Assembly (NCBI GenBank): GCA_951406725.2
Contig: OX597814.1
Coordinates: forward strand, 159,588,001-159,652,000
Direction of reading: 5' to 3'
Length of the DNA stretch: 64,000 nt
DNA from: Octopus vulgaris
Taxonomy: Eukaryota
Part shown: positions 37,805 through 52,094 of the stretch, piece after piece
How positions within the stretch are numbered: position 1 is the first letter of the stretch
Layout of the letters: every line of letters begins with the position of its first letter
Program-made: the position numbers and the translations under genes
The notes under the pieces: generated by a model
What the model was told of the DNA's origin: nothing
Databases searched by the model: none
Seen by the model: only the letters and a program-made list of their open reading frames with translations

Positions 37805-40003
37805 TTCTGGTCAAAGATTCTGGTCAAACATATGGTCCCAGGAGAAACAACACGAAACTGAAGCAGAGCGGTTAAAGACTGTCAAAGAGGAGAGTAGAGA
37901 GTATCAGCAAGAGGATTTAAGAATAACCGAGGAGATGATTAGAGATCAATGCAGAAAAATTCCTAACTGGAAAGCGCCTGGCCCAGGACAATTGTGAGAC
38001 AGCTGGACGAAATACTGAATAGTGACATTCAAGTACCGACCTGGATGACAAAAGGAAGAACGGTACTATGCCAGAAGGACCCAAGTAAAGGGAATGCGGT
38101 TGGAAATTTCCGACCAATATCTTATTTGCAACTGATGTTGAAACTGATGACGGGCATCATATCAAACTGCATCTTTAAGTACCTAGATGAGAACGATCTA
38201 CTACCAATGGAACAAAAGGGGTGTAGACGTAAGAGCAGAGGAACAAAGGATCAATTTCTAATCGATAAGACTATCCTGGCTGATTGCAAGAAGAGACACA
38301 AAAAATTGGCGATGGCATAGGTAGACTACAGGAAAGCATATGACATGGTCCCACACTCGTAGATTATTGAATGTCTTAAACTGCTTAAGGTCTCACACAA
38401 TATCCTGAAGCTAATACAAAAGTCAATGACAACGTGGTGCGCTGAACTCACAGCATGGAGAGATAAGCTGGGAGAGGTAAATATCAAAAGAGGAATTTTT
38501 CAAGGGGACAGTCTGTAGCCTCTCATATTTGTTGTCTGCACACTGCCACAAACGAGCGTTTTAAGAAAGCTGCGTGTAGGGTACATGCTAAGACTGAGAA
38601 AAAATTGAGAGTTTGACGACATCTGTGCAGGTGATTAGCAAGAATATTGCCATGGAATTTTGGATTGAGAAATGTTGTACAATGATCCTCAATAGGGGGA
38701 AAATCAGTAAAAGCTATGGGATCAAGCTGGAAAATGGTGAAACTATAAGGGAAGTCGGAGAGGAAGGACATAAGTACCTAGGTATCATTGAAAGAAATAA
38801 GATGAATGAACACAAGGTGAAGGAAATGTACAGGAAAGAGTATTTGAGGAGAACTCGGCTTCAGCTCCAATCGAAGCTAAATGGCCGCTATAAGATTGGG
38901 CAGTTGCTTTGATGAGATATGTGGAAAGAATAGTATCTTGGAAGAAGCATGAATTACGAGAGATAGACCGGAGAACACGTAAATTAATGACAATGAATAA
39001 GGAACTACACCCTAAGAGTGATGTGATAAGATTACATGTAAAGAGGAGGGAAGGAGGACGGGAATTAGTGTGATGTGAAGGTTGTGGAAAGGAAAAGGAG
39101 AGTAGCCTGGCCTGGTATGTCAGGGAAAATTCAGGGAACCTTTAGAGTGAACGAAGCCATAGATCCAAAACAATTTAAGAGAGACCAGAGAGAGCAGGTG
39201 AAGAAAATATGGCAGGACAAAAAAATGCACAGTCAGTTCTTGAAGAATAAAGATGAGATTAATTAGAATAGAACCTGACAATGGCTGCAGAAAGGAGACG
39301 TAAAAGGGCCAACTGAAGCATTAGTGTGCAGCGCTCAAGAACAAGCTCTCAGAACAAACTACTCCAAATATCACATTGATAAAAACACTGACTCGCCACA
39401 GTGTAGGATGTGCTCTGAGAAGGGAAAAAAGTATAAGCCATATTGTTAGTGAGTGCTGAAAGCTCGCACAACGCAAATATAAAAGGAGATACGACAATGT
39501 GGCCAGATATATCCACTGGCTGTTGCACAGTAAAGCAAACCTCGAGAGAGTCGAACAATGGTATGAACACAAGCCGGTATGAATACATGCAGTGCGACCA
39601 AGTTATAGAGGCGAGAGGACCAGATATCATCTCATTCATAAAGATGAGAAAGAAGTAAAGATACCAGGCGACTCGAGGGGGAAATGTAAGGAAACAGAAA
39701 GATTGAGAAGTACCAGCCACGGCGGGACGTTATGGAGCATGAGGAAAGTAATGATGATACCGGTGGTAGTAGGAGCATTAGGAGCAGTTTCCAAGGGCTT
39801 TGAAAGACATATAAAGAATATTGGAGCTGCTGTCAGGCCCGAGGTGATCCAGAAGACAGCATTGTTGGGTACAGCTCTCATTTTAAGGAGAGTATGGTCT
39901 CTTTGAGTCACAATAATCACTACTTGAAACCTTTGGTGATTTGTTGTTGCTTGCTTTCAAGTAAAGAATAACTTGTAATTAAGAACTATCTGAGAGTATT
40001 TCA
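37805..40003 (+). mobile_element. Decayed R4/Dong-clade non-LTR retrotransposon (RT plus restriction-like endonuclease)
   Basis: [74 protein letters not shown] and IPVVVGALG motifs with stops and frameshifts; flanked by (TAA)n and (TAG)n. Confidence 0.88.
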
Positions 40004-40024
40004 TAGTAGTAGTAGTAGTAGTAA

Positions 40025-40068
<44 letters not shown>

Positions 40069-40626
40069 ATGCCTTAAAGCAGTACCAGGCAGTGGCTCTC
40101 ATCGCTTCTGATCTTAAATGATTGGAAGTGTTATCATGTACATTGTTTTGTATTGCTATAAAAGATGGGCTACAGCAAATATTCTGCTCAATACCACATA
40201 TTTGCTTGTCAGTTGTTTGTCCTTAATCAGTTGAGCATGTCCCTTGGTGGATGGTGATATGTGCATCTCTGATCATGAGCAGAAGTTGTGGGGGAGCATC
40301 ATAGCTGTGTGTTGAAAGGAATTCTTGGAGGTTTGGATAATTCACATATGTAAACATGGGTGGTTCGTTCAACATCCTTAAACAACCCTTATTCGGGGAC
40401 CTTTTGAGCAGGATGGGCTACTCGACTTGAAAAAATTCGTAACTGGGCCCCACCTACAAGGTCACGCGCTGTTTATCTTGATATGAGATCACCATGTCAC
40501 GCACATATGATTGTGATGCACGTGCCTAGTGTACCCTTATCAGACGAATAGTCGTGATGGGCATACTGGGCTTCGTATATTTGCACTCCAATGTCACTTT
40601 GATGGCATGCACTGCTCTCTCACTCA
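40069..40626 (+). mobile_element. (AAT)n-associated non-coding interspersed repeat; its 3' ~150 bp also occurs at 37635-37787
   Basis: TTTATCTTGATATGAGATCACCATGTC...CACTGCTCTCTCACT(C/T)AATAATAAT is shared by both loci. Confidence 0.7.
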
Positions 40627-40654
40627 ATAATAATAATGATAATGATGATGATTT

Positions 40655-41200
40655 CATTTATTTCCCACAAGGGCGACGGATGAGGGGGCACAATACAGAG
40701 ACAGACATAAAGTGTTGGGGCGGGGTTTAAATATAATAATGAAATGATAAAAGTAAGTAAAAGAAAAAAAATTAAAGTATACGCGGTATACACTGGAAAA
40801 GACGGGACATGGGAATAGCATACAAAGATAGAAAAAAAATGGGGAGAGGATGATAGAGATGTGGCCCTCCTGATACAGGAACGCCTCTAGGGATAATCGA
40901 GGAACCCCACTGTCCGATATTTCTCTGAAACCCTAGGAGCAAGTGCTCTCACCAAATCCTTCTCTCCGACTCACACTTAGACAGGTACCATCTACTCTTG
41001 CCATTTTCGCAACTTTCACCCATCTTTCAATAAACTCACTCGAGGACAGCACTTCCTCTCTACTCACGATTTTGTTTCAAGTGAAACTTAAAAAAGTCAA
41101 TGAGAGCTCTACCAAAGAGGAATGTATCTGTCCTTATGACTTTCAGCCTTCTCCACCAAACAGGTTTTTCCGCCACAGCTACCTGGCAAAGGAAAGCTGT
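40655..41200 (-). mobile_element. Possible 3' end of an L1/Tx1-like LINE
   Basis: Minus-strand remnant VAVAEKPVWWRRLK...LIDFFKFHLK...EFIERWVKVAKM followed by a 3' UTR; weak. Confidence 0.3.
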
Positions 41201-41211
41201 CTTAATAATAA

Positions 41212-42313
41212 CTAGCTAACGCACTCGTCCTTTGGACGGTTTAGGTTGCTTTGGTGGTTTTTTTAAACCAAATAATTGAACTACCGAGAAAGTTTATTAA
41301 TAGCACAGTAATCTATATTTCCGATTAGCCTAGGAACAGAAAACCAAACTGAAGGCTGGTTATTGTGGATGTCGTTGCACTTTAATGATCAAAGAACATA
41401 TAAGTTTACAATCGATGCAAAGTAGAGCTACTGAAGTGTTTTGGGAGTAGATTACGGATAATGACTACAAAATATTGTTGTTTTACATGAAAGCGAAACT
41501 TCTTGTTAGAAACAGCCACATAAATGGTGTAAGGAAATTGAAGAAAGACGTTGAAACTTCCTCTCTGCGAGTTTATTTTATTCAACAGCAAAGGGAACTA
41601 TTTTTTCGGAGAGAAGTATGATTGGTATGTCCATAAAAGTAGAGTGTACAACCACTCTGAAAATGACTTCAGGTAACGAAAAACGAAGACATGAAGAGTT
41701 TTGATTTCAGTTCACGAATACTGCTTTGAACCTTTAGCAGTTCGAAGTGAAAAGATGTCTCGTTGTAAGGCAGACAAATAATAAATAAAAAAAATGTGAA
41801 AACAACTGAAAAGTATTCGGTAATGCAAATATACGACCATATAGATTAAAAACGTATGGAAAATAGTCGAAATAAATAAATAGACAAAATCTTTTCACTT
41901 TTATAATATTCTCTAACCAAAATACTTAATCACAAAATACACACCAATATACATATAAAAAATACAGAAAGTAATAACACACAATTACAACATATAAATA
42001 TATAAAAAATAAAATAAATGTGAAAACCACTAAAAATATTCTCTAATGCCAATATCCGAACATATAGATTTAAAAAGTATGGGAGACCCTAAATACCAAA
42101 AAAGTAACTATGCACTGACAACGAATTAGAGAAAAACCCATGTAGACCACCGTTTTTCCAGTTTTTTTTCTCCATTTACGCGGGTTATAGTGCATGACCA
42201 TGCTTGGGACATAAGTGATGTGTGTGTAAAATTTGGTGAAAATCGGTTGAGAATTGTGGAAATGCATACGTTAATCAAAATACACACATATACTGTGATT
42301 TATATATACCAGA
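41212..42313 (-). mobile_element. Non-autonomous Helitron-like element
   Basis: Minus strand begins A|TCTGGTATATATAAA and ends with hairpin CGTCC-AAA-GGACG then CTAG|T. Confidence 0.5.
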
Positions 42314-42556
42314 TAGATTGTCATACGCAAAGTGAACGGTGAGATTAAAAAGAAATGATTGACTTATTCTTAATACGTTCTGGCAGATTCTCAAGTGAAT
42401 ATGCTAATCGTTGTTGTGTCTGTCATAGGATAGCAACTTCTTTCTGACGAATAACGCACTCAATTCATTAGTACGAGAGATTCTGAGATATCATTGTTTC
42501 GAGAGGTTATGTTCCGTCAGACAGAAGCTTCTTCTTAAGATGTTGATGATGAGACT

Positions 42557-42679
42557 GAAGAAGAAGAAGAAGAAGAAGAAGAAGAAGAAGAAGAAGAAGA
42601 AGAAGAAGAAGAAGAATATGAAGAAGAAGAAGAAGAATAAGAAGAAGAAGGAGGAGGAGGAGAAGAAGAAGAATAAGAA

Positions 42680-42710
<31 letters not shown>

Positions 42711-42729
42711 AAGAAGAAGAAGAAGAAGA
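42557..42729. repeat. (AAG)n microsatellite
   Basis: Read directly. Confidence 0.95.
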
Positions 42730-42900
42730 GTTTCTTTATTTGTAATAGGGTGATGAATGATGCAAAATGCAAAGACAGGTTTTTAGAAACTGTTCTTTAA
42801 ACACCAAGTAAAAAATAAAAGAAAAAGAACATTAACAGTATTTTTATGAATCGAAATGAATAATATACAAATATATAAATATTTAAAAGTATATTACATA

Positions 42901-43776
42901 CAAGGGGCGTTCAATGAGTGCCCGACTTTTTTCCCACCAAAACTAATATTGCGGGGGTAAAATTTTCTGTGCGGAAAGTGACACCACCCTTCCTGAACAT
43001 GTATGAAAATTTTCGCGCTGGCTGGCCGTGTCAGTTTCCGGCCGTTGCATCTAAAGTACAGACGTGTAGTGCACCTTCGTTGGATATTCATTTTCACCGA
43101 ACCCATCGAGCAGAAATATTGCATCAAGTTTTGCCAAAAGCTTTGTGATACTCAAGCCCAAGCCATCCAGAAGATTCAACAGGCTTTTGGTGAAAGAGTT
43201 CATGGAGTGGTACAACCGTTTCAAACATAGCTGTACCCTAGTGGGGAGTGAGGTACGCCCAGGCATGCTACTCACAAGTAGAAACGAGGAGACGATTCAG
43301 AAGGTTCGGCAAATACGACCGTCCAAGATATTGCTCACGGAGCGGGAATAAGTACAGGATCAGTGCATTCCATTTTAATGAAAGATTTGTGCATGTGGAG
43401 AGCGTTGGCGAAACTCATCTTCAAGGTGCTTGTGGAGCAAAAGAAGCATCTCTGCATGGAAATCGCTTAGGACATGCTAGACTGTGCAAACCACGACCCA
43501 GACTTCATGAAGACCATTATCACTGATGATAAGACATGGGTTTATAGCCTGTGTTCGATGCGTTGGGTCGTCTTGCGGGAAAACGAAAATCCGACTAGCG
43601 CGCACTACATGCCTGTACTTCATGCGTAACAGCCGGGAACTGATGCGACGTACTGGTGCGAAACTTTTCACGCATGCGCAGGAAGGGTGGCGTCACCATC
43701 CACTCAAAGGATTTTACCCACACAACATTAATTTTGGCGGGAAAAATAAAGTTGAATACTTTTTGAACGGACCTCC
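42901..43776 (+). mobile_element. Decayed mariner element with long (~175 bp) imperfect TIRs
   Basis: TA flanks; remnants EQKYCIKFCQKL, MEWYNRFK and DPDFMKTIITDDKTWVY (cf. mariner ITGDETWVY). Confidence 0.85.
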
Positions 43777-44459
43777 TATGTCCCAACACAATGACAGTTA
43801 ATCAGAAAAAAATAGAATGTCTGCGTATCCCCAAATGCTCTTCAATGCTAAAGTGAGTACCTTCTTGTTATAAAATTGCTCCCGAAAGTTGAGAGCGAAA
43901 CCAAAGAATCACATCAGGCTTTCTGTTCTCACCCACTTTCAGGAGATTTATAGGAGAACTACACTTCGTTAGTCACGATCTCTTACTAATAATCGAAAAG
44001 TTAAAAGTTTCAAACTGAAAAAAACAACCAAATTGGTGCTGAAACAGCATGGACGGTGAAAAGTTTTTACATGAACAGAAAAGATTTAATAATATTAACA
44101 AGGTCTCGTTTCTAAAAAATAATATCCACCATGATAAAACGAAAACTATAAGGGATTAATGAATTAAAGAACAATATCTCTAACGTGTTACACGCATCCT
44201 ACACTGCAATAATATTCTTCATATACGAGCTAGTGAGAAAAAAAGTTGGAAATGTAAGATAAAACTAAACTTGAATATATTAGCAAATGTCTGCGAATTT
44301 ACAGCAATAAAAATATCCCAGAAAAAATAGAACCCATGCAAAGAATACCTATGAAATATAATAAAATGCAACCAAATACCCATCCACCCATTATCACACG
44401 CAATGTAAGCTGCTTAAAAGAATTTCTCATAAAATCCCACAATAGAAGAAAATAATGCA

Positions 44460-44522
<63 letters not shown>

Positions 44523-46063
44523 CCTCAGAATACATTGAAATATCGCATCACACATGAGAAGGACAAAGGCATCATACCGAAACGAAATGCGAGGTTGGAG
44601 AAAAAAGAACAAAAACATGAAACAGTGATATAAAAATATCAAAGACCCCAATCACAAATATATATCTTCTTTGGAGTACTTGATGTGGAAGACCATAAAG
44701 CTATAAATTATCCTTTCTACTATATGTAAAAGGACTAAAGTTTTTGGGGATGGGATAGTCGATTACATCGACACTAGTGCTCAACTGGTACTTAATTTAT
44801 CGATCCCGAAAGTATGAAAGGCAAAATCTAACTCGGTGGAAGTTGAATTCAGAACGTAATGAGGCACGAAATACCGCTAAGCATTTCCCTAGCTTCAAAG
44901 AAACAAACCTGAACATTAACAGGCTGATTGGCATCATTCACTTAGTGATTATCTCAGAGCTGGTTCGGCAAGTAAGGTGAAGTCTCACTTTCGCTGATGA
45001 AGTAATAATAAGATTGAAACATGTTCTGAAATGTTTCTCAGATCTGCTAGAGCAATTAAAATACCATTAGCCAATTACTAATATTGCTTTTTCCACAATG
45101 CATAAATATATCTTGTTAGGTTTTTAATACTCTCCTGTATTAATTATATTAGCATTAACTTAATCGTTTTCTATGTGGATGCTCAGGGTAATTTATTTTA
45201 TAAACAATTAAATTTTTCTACATAGCCAATATGCAATACTGTACATTTACTTGGTCATTCTCTCATTACCATTTCGCCAAGTATGGTAAAGTTTGTACAT
45301 CACCAATGAGGTGGCTGCGATACGCGTGGCGTTGTTACTCGTACTTGCCGAAATAATTAAAATAATTAGTCAACGACTAATATTATTTTTAGATCAACGT
45401 ATAATTATTTCTAGTTAACTTTTTAAAACTCCCAGCATTGTGTATGTTAACACTTTTAATCTATTCTGAAGTCACAATAATGTAGAGGAAAGATGGTTTC
45501 ATTTATAACAATAAGATTTGCTTCAGTCAAGCTTCTCAAACCACATAAAGTAGGAAAAACATGTTATATAACATTGAAAGCAAACCCGGGAGAAGCAATT
45601 CTCACTGTGCGACAGAGAAAGAGAGGAGTATTATATAAAAACTAAAAAAAAACAAAAAAAAAACCAAAAGCAAAACTAAATATGAAGAAAATATATCATT
45701 AAAAAATGAGGAAACTTTAAATATCTTAGTAAAAGTCATGCGGAGTAAGACGCACCGAAAAGCAAGCAGTCAATTATAAGGCGTAAAAAATTCGAGATTT
45801 TGCTTAATTGCTTAATTTATTTGTTTAAATATTTCTTTGCACATAAACACACACACTCACACTCATACACACACGTACACGTATACACAGACGCACACAT
45901 ATACACACACGCATTCGTTATCTGAAACAAATACTGAAAAATTTTTTCATCGACGATGGAAAAAATGGTAAGAATGAAACCTTTCTGCAGTCAAACCGCA
46001 CGATTAGAATTGGAATAGAAAGACAAAACTGGCTGTACATTTCTGAAAATTCTTGATTAAAGT

Positions 46064-46446
46064 GATGGAAGCACTCCGTCGGTTACGACGACGAGGGTTC
46101 CGGTTGATCCGATCAACGGAACAGCCTGCTCGTGAAATTAACGTGTAAGTGGCTGAGCATTCCACAGACACGTGTACCCTTAACGTAGTTCTCGGGGATA
46201 TTCAGCGTGACACAGAGAGTGTCAAGGCCGGCCCTTTGAAATACAGGTACAACAGAAACAGGAAGTAAGAGTGAGAGAAAGTTGTGGTGAAAGAGTACAG
46301 CAGGGATCACCACCATCCCTGCCGGAGCCTCATGGAGCTTTAGGTGTTTTCGCTCAATAAACACTCACAACGTCCGGTCTGGGAATCGAAACCGCGATCC
46401 TACGACCGCGAGTCCGCTGCCTTAACCACTGGGCCATTGCGCCTCC
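46064..46446 (-). mobile_element. tRNA-derived SINE, family A (tail variant 2)
   Basis: 13-bp TSD TCTTGATTAAAGT (46051-46063, 46447-46459); A and B boxes on the minus strand. Confidence 0.9.
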
Positions 46447-46969
46447 TCTTGATTAAAGTACATAACCTGTATCAACAGTTCTCTGTGAATTATTAAAACA
46501 ATACCAGAATTATGAGAGGAGAAAACTGTATTGACTCACATATACCAGGAAACCCCTAAATTTACAAAGCAATAGACACTATTCGCCAAAAATATACAAA
46601 GGTCAGTATATCGATAACACTTCTTACTGGAAGAGCAGCAGCTGAGTTAAAAAAGACGATGTAATATCATAAACAATAGCTATTGATTAACAGGAAAATT
46701 ATTGAATTCTGCAGGAAGAGAAGGGAAAATCTAAGGACTGTAAAATTTAACAGTATAACTTACTCCTAATTATTAGAGAGACTATTAAGGTTTATCCTTA
46801 TAAGAAGAATTCTTTTTCGAAGAAAGTCATTACTCCTTTGCACTTTTTTGATTCAATTTAAATGAAACGGACAATGGCTACGCATTCTATATACAAATTA
46901 TCCTTTACATGGAAGAAAAAAATCTATTTAAACCTGCCTCGTGATTGTTTCAATTTCTGGCTGAAAATT

Positions 46970-47215
46970 TTCTTTCCTACTTTATGCATAAGGCTCGAAA
47001 TTTTGGGGGAGAGGGTCAGTCAATTAGATCGACTCCAGCACGCAACTGGTACTTAATTTATCTACCCCGAAAGGATGAAAGGTAAAGTCGACCTCCGTGG
47101 TTTTGCCTTTCATCCTTTCGGGGTCGATAAATTAAGTACCAGGTGCGTCCTGGGGTCGATCTAATCGACTGGCTCTTCCCTCAAAATTTCGGGCCTTGTG
47201 CCTAGAGTAGAAAAG
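46970..47215. mobile_element. Headless inverted dimer of SINE family B 3' halves
   Basis: Arms 46970-47097 and 47101-47215 are reverse complements; flanking direct repeat AATTTCTGGCT at 46952 and 47216. Confidence 0.75.
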
Positions 47216-49934
47216 AATTTCTGGCTAAAAGTATTTTTATGTCTTCATTTACATACATGAACGTAGTTAGGAAAGAAACGGGCAATACAAAATTCCGTTT
47301 CTTCTTTTAAAACATATGGACTTAGCACTAATTGAAATAAACAAGTATTAAACACTAATTGAGAGTATGTATGTATATGTGTCTGTATGTATGTACGTAC
47401 GTATGCACGTATGTATGTATGTATGTATGTATGTATGTATGTATGTATGTATGTATGTATGTATGTATGTATGTATGTGCGCATGTTTACAGGCATAAAG
47501 CAGTATGGCGAGTTGTGGTCCATTATATCAATTCGAAAAGATATCATCAGTACGATCGCTTTCAACTTTAATTTTGTACATCAGCACGTCAGCAGTTCAA
47601 TGACCGAAAGCAATAAAAAAACAAAAAGGATAAAAGGATGTAAAGTTAATGAGAGAAAGCGAGTAAAAAGCCAACTATAACATTTAATGATTTTCACATT
47701 GTTGATTAAACTCTGAGACAATAACTGATAATTTTATATTCTGTTTCACACAGCTGTTTAAGTCGTTAGGATGTAAGCCTGTCGACGTATGGTTTATTGT
47801 CCTCCATTGTTGTATTTAAATTATCACGTAGACAAAACCTACCATAGGCGATATGCCTACCATAGGCGGATTATCTGGAATGTGGGCCAATACTTATTTC
47901 TCACTTTGAATGTCTCTGAAGCTGGTGAGGAATATTTGTTCTGAATGATTCTGCTCAAATTAGCTTCCCTGAAAATGACTCTCTGGCATTCTTTTCATTC
48001 TCTGAACATTCCGTTACCTGGTTTTGTGCTGATTCAATTATAAGGCGTAAAAGATTCGGGATTTTGCTTAATTGATTAATTTATTTATGTATAAATATTT
48101 CTTGCACATAAACACACACACTCACACTCATACTCATATGCACACGCACACGTATACACAGACACACACATATACACACACACGCATATATATTAATACA
48201 TTTGTAATTATCAGCTTAATCTAAGACGAATGCTACGCAAAGTTTCTAACGTGCAGGTTTCGATTATCAACAAGAACAATTTTACTTCACATATATTGTG
48301 AGGTTTCTTTTCTTCCCGCCCAGAAATCTGATACCATCTTGAATGCAAATAAGGAATTTAGCATTTTTCTTGAAATAAATAACTTCTAAAATCTTCCTAC
48401 AACAAGAATGACGAGATTTGTAGTCATTAATATGCTTAAAATATGGAAGTCTTCAAACACCTACCCAAGCACATATCTTATCTCTTACGAGCTCAGACTG
48501 GATATTTCTTTGATAGTAATTTGGATTTGTACACACCAATGTTTTATAATTCAGAAATATTCGTAATCCGGTGGTAAAATATGAAATCTCCGTCCAATTA
48601 TTTGTTTCCTTCGACTCCTACACTGACCTGCCATTAGATATATTTCTTCCTAATCTTCTGCTGAAAAATTAAACACCTTGATTCAGTAACATTTATTCTC
48701 ACTCGTAACATAATTTCTCTTGTGTTATTTTCCCTATCATTCATTAAAATACTTGGACAATTTCTAGCCATTTAAGTAGTAATAAAACTCATAATCACTT
48801 GCCGTTACAAATCTCCATCAAACCGACAATTTTATTTTTGTTTATTTCCTTCAGTTGCAATCCTCTTCTCTTTCATAATCTCACTCTGGTTGTTTCTATT
48901 GCACCTGTTTTGCTTTATCTATATTTACTCTGTGTTTCAACTCCATTCTAAAATATACATATTTCTGTTGTTAATTTAAAGCATTACTATTTATTTCTCA
49001 CTTCAAATTTCAGTTGATACCTCCAAATTTTTGTTTATTTCTTTTTGTATCAGTAACTTTTTCCTTCATAATTTCATTAGGAATATATGGTTCTTCGTCT
49101 ATGTCCGTTTGACTAAAAAATTACAAATCGAACACCAACAAAATCATATATGTTATTATTTACCATTCCATACTGAATATATCTATAACATTAATTTCTA
49201 TCTGTACATCCTGTATGTGTTTGAATTCGCTTCTAAAATATTCTTAATCGGGTCGTAAAATATATTCCCAGTTTATTAAGAGTCATTTTTGTCCAATATG
49301 TAAAAAGCATGTATTTTGTGACACTACACATTTCATCCATGATTTCTTGAAATTATTTTCCCTTTCCACGAATAGTTGCTCATAGTTTATTCCAACTTTC
49401 TCGTTCTTTCATAATAATTTAAAGATAATTTTCTTTGTATTATTTATTTGCTATTCCATTAAAAATATCTTTTAGTTTTTAATCTCAGTCAGTAAGTGAA
49501 AATTGACAGCAAAATCTATATTCACGATGAGACATGAAAAGTGACTCAAAATTGGTAGAGAGAGAGACAGAGAACAAATGAGAACAAGCTCCGTCTCGAT
49601 GTGATGCTTCTGGACACGCCAGGAGCAGGCAGAAAAAAGAAAACAAGAGTGCTTGTACGCAACATAACGGTTACCAGATAGAATTATATGATCAGTGTGA
49701 GCCGATATCCTCTTGAAGTTTTCTCATTTGCTTTTCTTTTTCTTCCTGGACCCTTATGATGTTAGTCATCCCATTGCATGTTGGTTCATTAGCGCGGGCC
49801 GATTTTGCCTTTGTGACAGTTAAACTTACAACAATGACAACTTGGATGACCATTGTAGAGCAATTTATAGTACTTACTCAAAACTTTTACATATCATATA
49901 TGGTTTTAAGATATTTAACAAATTCTCCATACTA

Positions 49935-50034
<100 letters not shown>

Positions 50035-50342
50035 CATTTCTACTATAGGTACAAGGCCTGAAATTTTGGTGAGAGTGTTAGTCAATTACATCGACCCCAG
50101 TGCTCGACTGGTATTTTATCGCCCCCAAATTTGAACTAAAGAAGTAGATCCGACATGCCAGCTCGGATTATATATATATATATATATATATTTGTAAATA
50201 TAATATGTAACAATTATTCGGTAGCCATGATAAAACACCGATGGCTACCGAATAATTGTCACATATCCTATTGACAGATAAATTCCTCTATTTGCATAAT
50301 ATCGAGGTCTCTTTCATTCATTTGTTGTCTTGCCATTTCTAT

Positions 50343-50442
<100 letters not shown>

Positions 50443-50914
50443 GAATGTATGTATGTATGTAGATGGATGGATGGATGCATGCTTGTCCCACCCCACCCCC
50501 ACCGCTTAACAACCAGTGTTGGTGTGTTTACGTCTCTGTAAAATAAGTACCAGGTTTTAAAACAAAAGTAAGTACTAGGTTTGATTCGCTCGACTAAAAT
50601 TCTTCAAGGCGCTACTCCAGCATGGCCGCAGTCTAATGACTAAAACAAATAAAAAGTAGTAGAAAGGATCCTCTTGAGGTTTGTACAGAGATTTCAGATA
50701 AACGTGGCATATTTTTGCAAGATGTATACGATCAAAATTTCCTTAACGCTCTCACATCTTTAGAGAAATATAAGGAAATCACTCATCTCAACCAATATGT
50801 GAGCTCATCTTGATGGAGATACATTTTCAAGGCGATTTCAAAATAAGGTAATTGAATAGTGAAACTAGATAGGAAAGGAAGAACTGGTATGGAAATAATC
50901 TGTATATAAGCATC

Positions 50915-51121
50915 ATCTCTTTTACTCTTTTACTTGTTTCAGTCATTTGACTGCGACCATGCTGGAGCACCACCTTTTAGTCGAGCAAATCGACCCTCAG
51001 GACTTATTCTTTGTAAGCCTAGTACTTATTCTATCGGTCTCTTTTTGCCGAACCGCTAAATTACGGGGACGTAAACATACCAGCATCGGTTGTCAAGAGA
51101 TGTTGGGAGGGACAAACACAG

Positions 51122-51158
<37 letters not shown>

Positions 51159-51316
51159 TGCATATATACGACGGGCTTCTTTCAGTTTCCGTCTACCAAA
51201 TCCACTCACAAGGCTTTGGTCGGCTCGAGTCTATAGTAGAAGACACTTGCCCAAGGTGCCACGCAGTGGGACTGAACTCGGAACCATGTCGTTGGTAAGC
51301 AAGCTACTTACCACAT
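50915..51316 (-). mobile_element. SINE family C copy
   Basis: Reverse complement of 27846-28257. Confidence 0.85.
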
Positions 51317-51494
51317 GAATTGAAAGAAATATTGTTTTCAAACATTTCTGAATACTAGTAGAATTGCGGGCGCCTGAGTCAAAAGACAATATAAGCTCTA
51401 AAGAACAATGCTGTTAATATTGTCAACGTTAAGGCTTTACAGCAGCTCCCTGGTAAGAACTACTTTTACGCGTCAATTAACACAGTTCGTGGAA

Positions 51495-52050
51495 GGCGGT
51501 GAGATGGCAGAATCGTTTGTACGCCGGGTGAAATGCGTAGCCCTTATTTCGCCTGCCGCTACGTTCTGAGTTCAAATTCCGCTGAGGTCGACTTTGCCTT
51601 TCATCCTTTCGGGGTCGATAAACTAAGTACCAGTTACGCACTGGGGTCGATATAATCGACTTAATCCATTTGTCTGTCCTTGTTTGTCCATTCTGTGTTC
51701 AGCCCCTTGTGGGTAGTAAAGAAATAGGTATTTCGTCTGCCGTTACGTTCTGAGTTCAAATTCCGCCGAGGTCGACTTTGCCTTTCATCCTTTCGGGGTC
51801 GATAAATTAAGAACCAGTTACGCACTGGAGGTCGATGTAATCGATTTAATCCGTGTGTCTGTCCTTGTTTGTCCCCTCTGCGTTTAGCCCCTTGTGGGTA
51901 GTAAAGAAATAGGTATTTCGACTGCCGTTACGTTCTGAATTCGAATTCCGCCATTCATCCTTTCGGCGTACCAGTTTCGCACTGGGGCCGATGTAATCGC
52001 CTTAATCCCTTGTTTTTCCCTTCTATATTTAGCCCCGGTGGGCAATAAAG

Positions 52051-52054
<4 letters not shown>
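51495..52054 (+). mobile_element. Tandem trimer of SINE family B
   Basis: Units restart at GTATTTCG(T/A)CTGCCGTTACG (51728, 51913) directly after AAAGAAATAG. Confidence 0.85.

Positions 52055-52091
<37 letters not shown>

Positions 52092-52094
<3 letters not shown>

Larger units (their letters stand above)
45770..48187 (+). repeat. ~145-bp direct duplication (45770-45914 and 48034-48187)
   Basis: TCAATTATAAGGCGTAAAA..ATTTTGCTTAATTG...GCACATAAACACACACACTCACACTCATAC in both. Confidence 0.8.

Noticed and set aside
48200-49620. Possible decayed LINE ORF1 or host exon sequence (likewise 15540-16800, 24400-25200, 57000-58400)
   Set aside because: No recognisable motif or sustained ORF by eye; needs a profile-HMM or RepeatMasker search.
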